Assembly (NCBI RefSeq): GCF_009914755.1
Contig: NC_060937.1
Direction: 5' to 3' (one strand)
Source: the human T2T-CHM13v2.0 reference genome, Homo sapiens
DNA length: 64,000 nucleotides
Every line of letters begins with the position of its first letter. The first letter of the stretch is position 1. The position numbers and the translations under genes were made by a program. This document shows positions 40,513-53,699 of the stretch, piece by piece. Under the pieces are notes generated by a model, which was not told where the DNA came from, did not search any database, and saw nothing but the letters and a program-made list of their open reading frames with translations.

Positions 40513-42936
40513 ACAGAAGGAAAAAATAGAAGTAGCTACTGTTTTCCAATCTGCAGTAAAAAGAGTTAATTTATTCTTTGAAGTGTCTTCTTTTAGCACA
40601 TGCCATCTTTCACTTATTTCAGTATTTCCTGCATAGGAGTATAGCCAATCATTTGAGAAGACCATTAACCAAATTTGAAACAGGATCAGTTTTTAGGGAT
40701 CTTCTAGGCCCATTTTAACTGGGAGGGATTATTTGATGCAGTTGCCTATATGCCAAGATGAAAGCTCCTCTGGCTAAAGCATCTGGGAATGCCTTCATGC
40801 ACTGACACAGCACATGGATGGGGAGGTTCATTTATGGCCTAAATTCAAAAGCTTGGAAATGGAACCATCTTAGAATATACCCAGTGCCCTGCCTCACAAC
40901 ATGTGCTCAATAAATGTTTTCAGATGGTATAAACCCTTTGTCCTCCTAAAACAAATGGGATTGTTTTTTTCTCTCAAGTATGGTGTTTGCACTGATCGTT
41001 TAAATGGTAAAATGAAGAATCTATAAGAAAGCCATATCTTATAATCATTCCCCAAGTGCTGGAAATGTTAATTATATAAGCCAATAGCCACAGAGCTGAA
41101 TGGAAATTTTCTGCCTCAGTTGGACAAAATCATACTGAAGTGGAAATACAGAAAGCAGAAGAAGCGAATTCTAGCCCCATTCTGCCAAGAAAGGGACATC
41201 TGAGCACAGCTTTACATCCCTAAGCTGGAGGTCTCCTCAATAAATAAGCAAGGAGAGGAGCTCCCATTTGCAGCGGGAATTCCCAATCACTCTTAATGTC
41301 AACAACTAAGCATAAACGACACCAATAAATCTTTAATCTGAGTTTAATTAGCTCAAAGAATAAAGACAGATTTCTATGCTAGGTGTACTCTCCAAAGCAT
41401 ACACTCTAAGAGACAGAATGTTCTCAGAAAGAGGGCCCTTCCTGCTCTGTATCCAATGGCGGTCCCTATAGATTGACGCCTCACTGGGTGATGTTCACAA
41501 GAAAAGAATGACCGACCAGCTCTTCCTTCACTCAAGGACAGGCCTTTAGGAGAGTAAATAAATTTGGCCAATTCTTGGAGTTGTTCACAAATGATTCCAA
41601 CACCTTAAAATTCCAAATTAGACTGTGGCCAAGAAGAAACCATAGTGAAAACACTCAAATGGAGGTAGAATGGAATTATTGGGCTTTCTATCTGGAAAGA
41701 GGCTCCTTGTTTTGTTTTGTGTTTCCAATGGAGACCCAGAAAAGATAATAGGCTTATCTAAGATACCACGGCCATTTAGTGGACAAGCTGGCGTCAAATC
41801 CCAGGCTTCATCAAACGCTCAAAACAAGTTCCACCTGATGCCAGGTGAATCAGTGAAGAAAGATAACCAAACTTGATATTTGGTGCAACAGGCTCCAAAG
41901 GAGATGGGAACCAACTGAATCTCCCCGCCCCGCACTCTTAGACGTCTGGCAGCCTAAAGACACAACCTGTGCAGAAATCTTGAAGAGAGGGCCTTCCATC
42001 CTGGATGACACGTAATTTTGTGGAACTCAGAAGTTTTGTTTTAAAACACATAATAAAAGAAACTAAACTCAAGAATCTTGTGTTTGAGTGCAGTAGACTG
42101 CAAGGAGTTCTCGCTTATTAAAGTGTTCAGTGAGCACCATCATGAAACCTCCTAGGAGCGTACATTCCCCCCACCTTGCGTCTGAAATCAGGACCATAAA
42201 GGGCCTTCCGTTTTTGGCATTGTACCTCCCCCTTTGCCCCCTTCCCACTACTTTTATTTTTGCCTTGGTATTACTGGAAAAGACAAACAGTACAGGTTGT
42301 GACAGGATAAGAACAGTAGTCTCTCCATCCTGAAAGAAGCACTAACCCTCACCCTCTTCCTTAGGGTGGAGAAGCTAACAGTTTCCAGTAACTTTTTCAC
42401 TGTGGTCTCCAAGCTCAGCCAAATTCTCCATAAATGCAAGTAGTGATGAAAAGGTGCTCAATGTGGGTTTCATCCACAAAAGCACGTGTCATAGGTTCCC
42501 ATCCCCTACCTCATGGACCCTCTGCTGCTCTGGGGCCCCATCCATACCATAAGCAATTTTCCACCAGGGCCCTCCCCTCCATTCACAGCACTTCTTCTTT
42601 CCCTTAATGGTGATATCTAATCAAACTCATCACAACTAAGAAGGCTTACAAACTAGTGCTAATAAAGCCTGTGCATTCAGAACAGAAAGAGGAGAGTATG
42701 TAAAAGTGAAGTAGCAAAGGTGCATTCTTCTCAGAGTTAAGATTTGGACAAGGTTACAGAGAAGCTAAAAGCCCTGAGTTCTAGCTAAACCAAAGCAATA
42801 AGCAACCCCTCATTGGTCACCTCCTGTTCTAGCTTAGATATCGCCTAGAGACGAGCAGCACGATTTGCTGGCACCTGTACCTGTCTGCACCAAGGTTGAG
42901 ACAGGTCTGAAACAAGCAGCTTGCTTATTTCCTTAC

Positions 42937-43031
42937 CCTCTGCTTCCGCAGGCTTCCTGGGCTGGTGGGTGATGGGCTTGGCGACTTGCCTGAGCGCGGA
43001 GTAGAGAGCTGACTACCAGGGGTTCCATTAA
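42937..43031 (-). CDS. DCLK1: DCLK1 exon 6 (95 nt): (V)[31 protein letters not shown], Ser/Pro-rich region
   Basis: Acceptor ttctag|TTAATG, donor AGG|gtaagg. Translation matches DCLK1. Phase 1/0. Confidence 0.97.
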
Positions 43032-43947
43032 CTAGAAATACAAAGAATCACACACAGAGAAAAATGGCACGTTAAATAATTTTCATGACAAATCATCTTC
43101 TGCAAGAAATAAACAATTATATAGAGAGCCATCTACTAGAACTCTAGACACCCTTCCATATGTACACTGAGGAACAGCTTTGGGGAAGTAACCTTCAGAG
43201 AGTCACAGTTTTGTAAATCCTGTGTTTCATAGAGCAGCAGGTTACAGAATTATTTTTTAAGATGTACCTTTCACAACTTTCCTGATGAATGTATTAATGA
43301 TGTCTTTAACTGTGCCAGCAGGGACTTTAGGAATGTATGGTCCTGAGACATTTTCAATGAGATTAATCCTTAACTCTTCAGTTTAGCTACCTAGTACTAC
43401 CCAGCAGGAATAAATATAAGCACAGATCACCAGTGACATTCCAGTGACCTGATAAATAGATCACTGTATTTGTATAATTAATAACTCACTTCTAGAAAAA
43501 TGTCCTGCATCCACCTGTGTCTTGTCCATCCCCCTAGGCTGATTGTGATGGACCTGCCTTGAACAGGACAGTCATTGGCCACAGACGCTGAGAAACTCCT
43601 CACAGTTTCTCTTTGCTGCCTTTGAAAAGAAAAACTGCTAACAAGTTCAAATCACTGGAATTCTACCCAGTTCTCAAGAGTTTTATGCACATTTTCACTA
43701 AACTGAACTAAAGCCACAGAACTCAAGTAAGCCATTCTTTTCTCTAAGTAACATCATCTCTAACAACAGATGAAACACTTAAAGACATGGTTTTATAAAG
43801 ATGTATCAGGTCACCTCTATTTTACCTGTAAAAATGGCATTACAGCCCCACAGTCAGTGAAGTAGAATTAACCAGGAGACACATAGATTCTTGAGGGTGC
43901 AAAATAAATGCTTTCCACAAGGGAGAGCAGCAATGCATTTCACTTAC

Positions 43948-43966
43948 CTTCTATGAGTTCTAACAT
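43948..43966 (-). CDS. DCLK1: Alternative first coding exon of the short isoforms (MLELIE), DCLK1-S/CPG16 and CARP
   Basis: ATG TTA GAA CTC ATA GAA G|gtaagt (consensus donor). Phase 1 fits the acceptor at 43031. MLELIE is the known N-terminus of the short isoforms. Confidence 0.95.
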
Positions 43967-44620
43967 GGACACAGTCTTAGTGTTGGACCTGAATACCAAC
44001 GGCGGAATCCCGTCTCAGCACTAAGCCAAGCACCCGCGGAAATGGGAATCGGTTGGATGAGTTTAAGGATGGCTAAGGCTGCTCCCAGAGCAGGCTGAAT
44101 GAGATGCAGGATTCATCAGCAGATGCCTTTTCTGCGTAAAGCTGACGTCTCCCAAGCAGCAGTGGGAGGTGCAGGTTCTGTCTTAGGCTACATCAAAGGT
44201 GTCAATTAAGCCTCTTGCCAACAGCAACCCCCATCCCGACACCACTCCCTTCCGGAAGCCCCAGTGCTGTCAGTACTTTGCACTGAATCATAATGAAGTG
44301 GCCCTGGGGGCAAGAGATCCAGTGACTCATCTGAAAATCGAAATGACAATAACTCTTCTAAAGCCTGGTGACTACCAGGTAATCAGGAAACCCTCACACA
44401 ATTCAGTGGCAAGGTAGGATGTTTATTGATTTTTCGCACTTGATGTTTTCCCAAAAACTTACAACCCTGGAAAGTGGGAAGCTCCTTGTTTTGTCATCTC
44501 CTCCAAAGACCTTAAAAAATGTCACATACCCCATGCTGCATTAATTTGTAGTTTTGCTTTTGAAATGTATTTGGCAACTCCTAAAAATAGAAACCTAAAA
44601 AGCTATGAATTTTTGTTTGT
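43967..44620 (-). promoter_or_regulatory. DCLK1: Internal (beta) promoter and 5'UTR of the short DCLK1 isoforms
   Basis: Directly upstream of the MLELIE ATG with local CpG retention. Motifs: CRE-like TGACGTCT 44143-44150, AP-1 TGACTCA 44323-44329, NF-kB-type GGGAAGCTCC 44476-44485, MEF2 CTAAAAATAG 44581-44590. The exact TSS cannot be determined. Confidence 0.75.
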
Positions 44621-45259
44621 TTGTTTGCAGAGAGAGTGAACTGGAAAGCTGAGAATGCTTTAATTTGCTTGCATGCCACCATCCTGTCTTTGCTGAGTGA
44701 ACTTCATGCTCGGACCTCATCACATTAGACTTCCTCAGCCAGTAGCCTCTAAGGAAGGGGCTCAGAAATAGAAAAGGATTAAAGACAAGGGCAGAAGCAG
44801 AGCCTATAACTAGTAAGAAAGGGATGCCTTACTGGTTGGCTGGAGAACACATTTTGTGAATATAATATTTTCTTTACCCACCCGCATTCTACTGCACATC
44901 TTTATGTCATACGTAAAGGCTACATAGATTGGAGGGAAAAAATGAGCAAATAGGGAAGCAAACACAGTGTTAACACTTTTCACTTTGAGACTCTGATCTT
45001 ATCCAGCTAATGGAAAATGAAGAAAAAGAGACAAAGGGCTCACAAGAAAACAGTCTCAGGAATACCTTGCTTTAAAAAGCAAAACAAAACAATAAAAGCC
45101 TGTAAGTATTTAGTAAGTATCCATTGTATGTGTATTTTTAAGGCATTTTTTGAAAGGCATTTATTTTTATTGAAGGCATTTTTATGCACCAGTCAATGCA
45201 CTTAGACCTTTTATATATGAACATATATGCATCTGTGTGCATCAGTATGTATATATATT

Positions 45260-45430
45260 ACATCATTTAACTCACAGAATAACTCTATAAGATTGGCAGC
45301 ATCATTTCCACCCATTTTACAGGTGAGGAAATTGAGGCTTACAGATGATGAGTCATTTCACAAGCAAATATGGAGCAGAGCCTAAAATCTAACCTAGGCA
45401 GTTCAAAACCTGCAGTCTTACTACTACCTT
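45260..45430 (-). mobile_element. MIR
   Basis: CCCATTTTACAGGTGAGGAAATTGAGGCT core. Confidence 0.7.
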
Positions 45431-45512
45431 GCCTTACTGTGCCAGCCCTTTAACCTACAGGTAAACCAGAGAACTAAGCTAGAATTACAATAAAGTATTT
45501 TGAGAGGGGAAG

Positions 45513-46110
45513 TGAGGCAGGATAGTTAGTCAAGGAAGTGACCATGTTCTCGGGATGCAGCATTGGTGGTGACCTCACAGCCAACACAATAAGCCTTGGC
45601 ATTCACATCATAAATGAGCTCATTTAAGCAAAGCTATCTTCAGGAGGGACTGTCCCTTCTCTAGGGCATGTGCATTTTGATTTTAATTGTCATCAAACTG
45701 ACCCTTTGCTCATTTATAGTAAAAAACACACCCCTGGGTGGAGATTTAAGATGCTAATGAGACATGTGATATATGAACACAAACATACAGCTACAGTGCA
45801 TGTGCACCCAGAGGACCACCCAGAACATGCTTACTAGCAACACCTCTTCCCAACTCCTTATGAATTATCATGTAAGACTCCCACAAAGGGGGTTTCTCTA
45901 GCAATAATCAACACTGCCTCACCCTTGCAAGCAGCCCACCCTGAACTCTCTCTCTCAGGGTATACTGTCTATTCTGCATCTAACTTTCAAAATACTCTCT
46001 TCCTTTTGCAGTGAATGACTCTCTGCCGCATCTCCTTTGCTGTGTGTCTTTTGTTTAAATTCTTTTAAACTAAGAAGACAAGAACCGAGGTATCACAACA
46101 GCCATTAACA
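45513..46110 (+). mobile_element. ERV1-class solo LTR (LTR26-like), 598 bp
   Basis: Begins TG, ends CA, flanked by 4-bp TSD GAAG (45509-45512 and 46111-46114). Subfamily name from memory. Confidence 0.82.
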
Positions 46111-47085
46111 GAAGTATTGGGTGTTGCAATTGGAATCCTAATAACCAACAGTGAGAGTTGGCCTACGCCCTTCACAGAGGGCAGTGGATACAGAAGTTAG
46201 CCTGGTGAAGCAAGGGGGGCACAATGAAGGAAAAGTGTCCTCAGCCCAGGGATCTCCTGTTTCAGGGCTGGATACGAGAAAGGAGGCCAGTGTGGTACAC
46301 TGAAGAGACTTAAATAACTAAGTAAAGCAAGTATGTGGGGTTGGAGGCGGAGGAATGTCAGGAATGAGATGGAGGCAGGGGCCGCATAGTGAGTAGTGCT
46401 TTAAAATTCATGTTAGGGAGTTTGGTTTTTATCCAAAGGGCAATGAGAAGAAAAACAAAAACAAAAACAAAGATTTTAAGCAGGCGCCACAGGATCAGGC
46501 TTGCATTTGAAAATGCTCTCCAGCTCTTGCCCTGTCAAGAATGGATTAGAGGGAAACAATACTGGGTGCAAGGAGAATGTCAAGGTAGGAGAGAGTGGGG
46601 CACATTTAAGGGTCCTATGGTAGAGATGCTGACGTGGCTGATCTAGGGTAGTGTCATGGGGTGGAGGTAAACGGAAACGTTCCAGAGAAATGTAAGAGGT
46701 AAAAACTATAGAACCTGGTAATTGATTGGCTGTAGAAGATTAAGGCCAAAAGGGAGCATGTTTGCAAGGACAGAGAGTTTGGACACTTTGAACGGAAGCA
46801 CCTTAGGTAACATCAGTTCTGCCATGTAAGTTGGTGCAATGTTTTCTGTTTTAGATGAAGAAACATGTTTAGTCAGGTAACTTGTCCAAAGACAAACAGC
46901 TGGAAGATGGCAGAGTTAAAGCTGGATTTCATTTAGGTCTTACTCAAAAAACTTTGCACTTTTCCCATGAGTGGCTGGTCCTGGCACCTCAGGGCATGTC
47001 CAGAACCCTCCTAGCATCTGCAGGGCTGAGGATGCCTAGGCTTCTCTCTCTACCACCGGGACACTCGGATCTGCCTCCTTTAGGC

Positions 47086-47163
47086 AAGGTTATTGCAATG
47101 GTAATTGTGGTTTTTGCCATTAAAAGTAAAGCAAAAACTGCAATTACTTTTGCACCAACCTAA
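47086..47163. mobile_element. MADE1 mariner-derived MITE (miR-548-type palindrome)
   Basis: GTAATTGTGGTTTTTGCCATT...GCAAAAACTGCAATTACTTTTGCACCAACCTAA matches the MADE1 inverted repeats. Confidence 0.92.
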
Positions 47164-50100
47164 TAAAACCACTGGGCTCAGTGCTTCTATTTGCATCGCC
47201 ATCTCTAGAAAAATGAAACTCAAGTGCCAGACAAGTCATTTACAATCAAATGCTTTTGGAACACAACTTGTCTGAACATTGGGAACAGCATGTACTCTTA
47301 GGGTCAGAGCTCTGTTCAGACTCTTCCTCTTGGCCACACAGAAGAGCATTAGCAACTTCTTAAAATGGTTCTTGACATCCAGAAAGCATTACACACCTTC
47401 TTGTTGAATCACTGCTGGGATAAATAATTTTCTTTCATAAATAAGTTTGACACATGTACTGAGTACACTTGGTTTTTACTCTGTAATGCCAGAAGTTTCT
47501 AAGTGCCATAACAAGGCTTTGTGACTTATTTAATAGAACTTATTAAAATTCAACTTAAAATGGCATTATTTTTTCAGAGGCCCTTATTACACAATTCTTT
47601 ATCTTGAATGGGAACAATTAAACTAACACGGTTGTTGTTAAACAGCCAAGCAGGGCTGAACAATTAATTATTTCAATCTGAATCCACTAAACTCTGAATT
47701 AGTAAAGAACTCATTAGAACCGCTGCCTTTACCCAGTTCTGGTCTCCTTTGCTTTTATCTGTATAGGTACATTTTCTTATTTTAAAAAATAGGAAATGTC
47801 ATCCTTTGCTGTGCTTGTTACCCTTGAATGAGAAGTGCTCAACTTCAAAATGGATCATTCACTGATACCATGATGACCAATTAACATCACTGGCCACCAA
47901 AGAGCTGTGGAAGAAATCTCACTGCAGAGCTGACTTCTATCCCTCCCGACGGTACATGACCCTCCTTTATTTCGACTCAGCTGTCACCTAAGCCTGTCAG
48001 GGATCCAACAGCATATACCGGTCACAGCGCATTGTTGAATAATACTCCTCAGGAAGTGTGCAGATCCACCTTTTCCTTCATCATTTCAGACAGGTGAACC
48101 AACTCTTCTTCACTAACTGGAGCCACGAGTCCAGGGCCCTAGATATCAACCTATCAGCACACGTAGTGTACACTTAGTACATGCTAGATTCTTATTGCTC
48201 CCTGTCCCCAAGATGCTTATGATTAAACATCAAAGTTACTTTAAAAAATCTAGAATTTGGAAATACTTGGCTTAATTTACAAATTCATTGCCCTTTTAAA
48301 TGACTTTCCACGCATATGTAGGTTAACACTTCTTTTTGCAGTCGCGTTCCTAAAAGTCTCAGACACCAAGTGAAAGCTGAATGTTAGTAAGTGTCTCAAA
48401 TTGGTTCTGAAGTTAGAGAAATCTCCAAGCGAGACTATCTAATTAAAAGATGTGCAACTTTTTGGACGTGAAATCCACCTTACTGTTTCCCTGTCTTCTT
48501 TTAGCACTTAAGGAGGCTCATTTATTTCTGGTGCTGCACTTGTCAAGATTTGGGGAGAGAATGTGTTTGCATATATGTGTGTGTCCTTGGGTTTGGGGGT
48601 GGCGATTCAGGCACGCTGCCAGGGAGATCTGGCTTCCTGCCTTAGACTCTCCTTTACTCCCTAATCATGGTGTAGGCTGTTCATTCCCTAAAATCTCTTT
48701 CTCAGCTTTTGTTCCTTGCTTGCCACATTATTGAGAAGGAAAAAAAATGCAGGGGGTGGGGGGTGCATAGGGAATCAGTTGAGACCAAGAGAAAAGAGAC
48801 AACTACCTAACAGAGGGAAGAAGACGTACTTTTTCCCTAATTTTAGCTTCTTGGGTGCTCACCTCATAGGTGAGGTGGAGCTCTGATTTTCTCCATGTCT
48901 GTTTCCTCTTCTTGAACTGAGACAATGGGTCCAATTCAAAGAAACCATCTACTGAGAATAATGGGAAGGAGGGGCCCCAGGAACAGAGGAGAGGGAGACA
49001 GGGACACAGCTCTGTGAATTAATTTTTTAAATAAATACTTACAAAGGCTCCAAACCTCAGGAAATTTAGGCAACAGCTCCTAGTGTTTCTCAATTCATTC
49101 ATGTGGTCAACATTTACCCAGTAGTTACCATGAACTCACAGTCACTGTAGAATGCACAAAGAACCCCTGCTCTCAGACTTTACAACTGAGCAAGGTGGTG
49201 CAACGTGTCATCTGTGAATCAGCTGCTGCAGTACTGCAGGGCTGGGGAAGACCCTGGACAGCGAGGTGATCCGGGAAAGTGGCAGAGGTCTGCAGGGCCA
49301 AATTGGGTGAGTGGGCTTTAGACAGCTGAAGAGACAGAGGAAGACATTCTAGCTAGGCCAAGTGAGAGGAATAAAGGGATGAGGTGGAAAAGCCCAAGCT
49401 GGGGACAATTTAAATTTGTTTCTAGGATGGAGCATGGGTCCAGAGAAGAAATGGGGGACATGAGTGGAAAGGAAGATGTCCTTCACTTGAGAACAAGTTC
49501 AGACTTTATTTGGCACACAACAGGTGATGGCAGCAGGTTGGACATTGGTGCCCAGGGCAGATGTAAGATAAAGTGGGAGGACACCAGCCAGCAATGGCAT
49601 CACCATAGGGAGAATGGTGACCCACTGAGTGTGGACAGGGTGGAGAGAAAAGAGTTGGTGATGATTTGGGGTACAAGAAAAAAAATTTAATTAAACAATA
49701 AAAAAAGACCAACTAGAGTCCTGTGATGTAAAATTAGGAAATTTTTGGATCTGATCCCTATCAGCTGGGATCCAAGAACAGGCTATGGTCATGATAGGGG
49801 AATTGGGGACCACAAGCACCAAGGGTCAGGGTGGATGAGGGTCCTGGGGTTGATCCCTACCAACCAATCGCTGCAGGACAGCTCCCGCTAGAGTAAAGCC
49901 TGGAGCCAGCCTGGGAAAGGACCCACGGTGACCACCAAAAATCACACTCCCAGACCAGGTCCCCCTGCCATCTGGTATTGCCCATTCCTTCATAGGCCAC
50001 AGTGGTGTCCTCACTGCTGAATCCTACGATCCCCATTCAGTTCTCATGCTACCTGACATCTCAACATCAAGCATTTCTGCCCCGTCCTTCATCTCAAAAC

Positions 50101-50182
50101 TTTCTGCCCCTTTGACTTCTGTCCCTGTACTCTTACTGTTCTTCCCTGCTTCTGCTGATTGCTCTTAGAAATGCAGACTTCT

Positions 50183-50494
50183 GGCCAGGCACAGTGGCTC
50201 ACGCCTGAAATCCCAGCACTTTGGGAGGCCGAGGCAGGTAGATCACGAGGTCAGAAGATCGAGACCACCCTGGATAACATAGTGAAACCCCGTCTCTACT
50301 AAAAAAAAAAAATACAAAAAATTAGCCAGGCGTGGTGGCGGGCACCTGTAGTCCCAGCTACTCGAAGGCTGAGGCGGGAGAATGGCATGAACCCAGGAGG
50401 CGGAGCTAGCAGTGAGCGGAGATTGCGCCCACCGCACTCCAGCCTGGGTGACAGAGCGAGACTCCGTCTCAAAAAAAAAAAAAAAAAAAAAAAA
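50183..50494 (+). mobile_element. AluY/Sc-type element
   Basis: Full-length Alu; TSD AGAAATGCAGACTTC. Confidence 0.93.
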
Positions 50495-51343
50495 GAAATG
50501 CAGACTTCCCTCCCCCATGCATGGTTCCATTTTCATCTTTACAAATCTCTTGTTGAGGCAGCGGGGAGGTACCTTATGTTTCTATTATTCAAATCACTAC
50601 AATATACCAGGGTCTCCCAAATATATATTGTTAGCGCAGATCTCCTGACTTAGAACAGTTATTTATTTCCAATTGCTTACAGACATTTCCAAATCGCCTC
50701 ACACTCCACATGTCTAAAACGAAACTCATTCCTTACCTCTCCTCATCCAACAAACCTGCTTCCTATCTCTGATCCCTCTCTCTTCTTCTAGCCTCACATC
50801 CAGTTAAATTTCTGGTTTCATTTCCCTTTGAGGTCTCCCCCAGCTCTTTCGGTTCTGTCTTGACAATTTCATTCCAGGATGACTACAATGGCCTCATAGA
50901 GCCTTCCTGGCCCTTGGCCTTTCATGTGTAGCAATTTTTTCCACCGCCATGCCACTGTTTCCAAAACTCAACTGCGATCTTTCATGGCACTGTGAAAAAT
51001 CCCCTTTCACTTCATAATACCTACAATCTACAGCACAAACATACTTCCACGACCCTGTGCAATTTGACCACAACCAACGGGGCTACCACCATCTTTCCAA
51101 CTCTTTCTTAGAATTCTATCCTGCATTTTTATTGAACAAGCAACTATTCCCTAACTATGCCATATAGTTTAATGTCTTTGTGCCTTAGCTCACACTGGGA
51201 GGGAATGTCCTCCTGGCCCTTTTTTACATCCAAATTTATAAATCCTTTTCTCTTGGAAGAGCTTTCTGACCCTATTAATGAGATCTAACCTGTTTCCTCT
51301 AGGTCATCACAGCACTTATTACACTATTATAGTTACATGCATA

Positions 51344-51688
51344 CAGTCAAGTACCACAAAACAATGTTTTGGTCAACAAGGGACCATATATCCGATGGTG
51401 GTCCCACAAGATTACAATTCTGTATTTTCACTGCACCTTTTCTATGTTTACACCTGTTGAGATGTGCAAATGCTTATCATTGCTTACAATTGCTAGGATA
51501 TTCAGTACAATAACATACTGTATAGGTTTATAGCCTAGGAGCAATAGGCCATACCACATAGCCATGTGTGTAGCAGGCTATACCATCTAGGTTTGTGTAT
51601 GTACACTCTAGGATGTTCACACAATGGCAAAATTGCCTAATAACACATTTCTTGGAACACATCCCCATCATCAAGCAACACATGGCTG
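51344..51688 (+). mobile_element. Tigger3a-like non-autonomous DNA transposon
   Basis: CAGTCA...GGCTG termini with TA on both sides; internal GGTGGTCCCACAAGATTACAAT; 345 bp. Confidence 0.82.
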
Positions 51689-52721
51689 TATATGTTTCTC
51701 TCCCTACTATAATATAAGCAACTTGAAGGCAAGGACTGTGGTTTAATCATCTTTGCACCCTTGGGACCTAATGCATGTCTGGAACACAGTAGATACTCAG
51801 GAAATATTTAATTAACCTGGGGCATTAACTGTGAGAAATTTATACAAGCAGTTGATGTAGGTTGCTGCCCCCAAGTAGACAGTAAGTCAAGATAATGGTT
51901 AAAGGCTTTGAAGAGTATCTTTGGAGGTTCTGCTGGGGTGAACACTAGGAAGAATTGGTGGGTGCAGAGAAAGGAGAAATGGAAGGAGGGATGAGCCTTA
52001 CATGCAGCCAGAAATTCCAAAGACACAAGGGATGAATCACCAACCTCTCGATTTTCTTGATGCATTTTGTTCTCAACAATTTCCTTGGAGCTCCAAAGCA
52101 AAAAAGATTCTCCATAGACTGTATAAGGCTGAATTCTCTACACTAAAGGAAAAGACTGAACTCAAAATTAATAGCTGGCAATCTGCCTTTGAAGGTGTTT
52201 GATATAAATCAAAAGAATTTGACAAACTGGACTAGTAGTGAGCTGATTAGAATTCTCTTCACTTCCTCAGCTTTGATTCTTATCTGCATATGTTGCATAA
52301 AATATTTTTATAGAACTGTAAAAAAGTAAAATTTAAATAGCATGAATAAAAAGACTTCAGGATTTCTGGAGTAACATAGAAGTAAGTTTTAAGGCTGGGT
52401 GTTCAGAATGGTGCTTCGTCATGGTAGATGCTCATTAACTGAGCCATTTGGGTTTTCCTTCTTTCAAATGTTTGCCCTTGCATCTCCAGCACCCAACGTT
52501 GCCGGTCCACTATAGATTCTCAATGCATACTGAATGAATGAATGGTTGTTGCCATGAATGTTTCTACTCTATAAGCTTCTGAAGGGCAGGAAAGTACATT
52601 ATCTCATATTGGAATTGAAAGGTGTGAGGCACTCATTGGGCCTCAGTTATGTCTGCTAAGGGTTCCACAGACAGAGATTCTAAATACAGGGTATCATTCT
52701 ATGATAAAAAGTTGGCTATCT

Positions 52722-53038
<317 letters not shown>

Positions 53039-53092
53039 CTAAATGGAAATAAAAACTGTAAAACAAACAAAAAAACTCCATTTTTCTTCTCT

Positions 53093-53390
53093 CTTTTTTT
53101 TTTTTTTTTGGAATGGGGTCTCACTCTGGCATCCAAGCTGGAGTGCAGTGGTGTGATCATGGCTGACTTTAGCCTCAAACTCCTAGGCTCAAGACTTCAT
53201 GTCACCTCAGCCTCCCAAGTAGCTGGGACCACAGGTGTGCACCATTACACCCAGCTAGTTTTTAAATTTCTTGTAGACACAGGTCTTGGTATGTTGCCTA
53301 GGTTGGTCTCAAACTCCTGAGCTCAACCAGTCCTCCTGCCTAGGCCTCCCAAAGTGTTGGGATTAAAGGTATAAGCCACCATGCCTGGCC
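53093..53390 (-). mobile_element. AluJ-like element
   Basis: Diverged full-length antisense Alu. Confidence 0.9.
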
Positions 53391-53640
53391 CCAGAGCTTT
53401 CCCAAATCCAAGAAAAGATCAAAATTTTGAAGTTTGTAAGTTTTAAGGAGGACTGCAGCTGTGAAACTTCAAGATAAACACAGTTTTCTTGTAAGATTAA
53501 GAAAACAATATAAAGCCAACTGAAATTTTATCAGTCTTTATTAAAACCAAAGTGATGCATATTTTATTCCTATTTTTAGAGTTATTTTATTATAATTTCC
53601 CTGTGTAGATAAAAAAAATTGCTTAAAAGAATTTTACTTT

Positions 53641-53699
53641 TGCCACTGCACTCCAACTTGGGTGACAGAGTGAGACCCTGTCTCAAAAATAAAATTAAT
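53641..53699 (+). mobile_element. Severely 5'-truncated Alu 3' end
   Basis: TGCCACTGCACTCC...GTCTC plus A-rich tail, between GAATTTTACTTT repeats. Confidence 0.8.

Larger units (their letters stand above)
49090..51800. mobile_element. Fragmented L2 relics interrupted by an Alu and Tigger3
   Basis: L2-like 3' motifs (ATTCATTCA...; CTCCACATGTCTAAAACGAAACTC; GAAGGCAAGGACTGTG...CACAGTAGATACTCA). Boundaries approximate. Confidence 0.5.

Noticed and set aside
42841-42900. CAG|GTACAG alternative donor and CpG-containing mini-hairpin below exon 6
   Set aside because: Weak donor; the extension hits TAA after three codons; the hairpin stem is only 5 bp.
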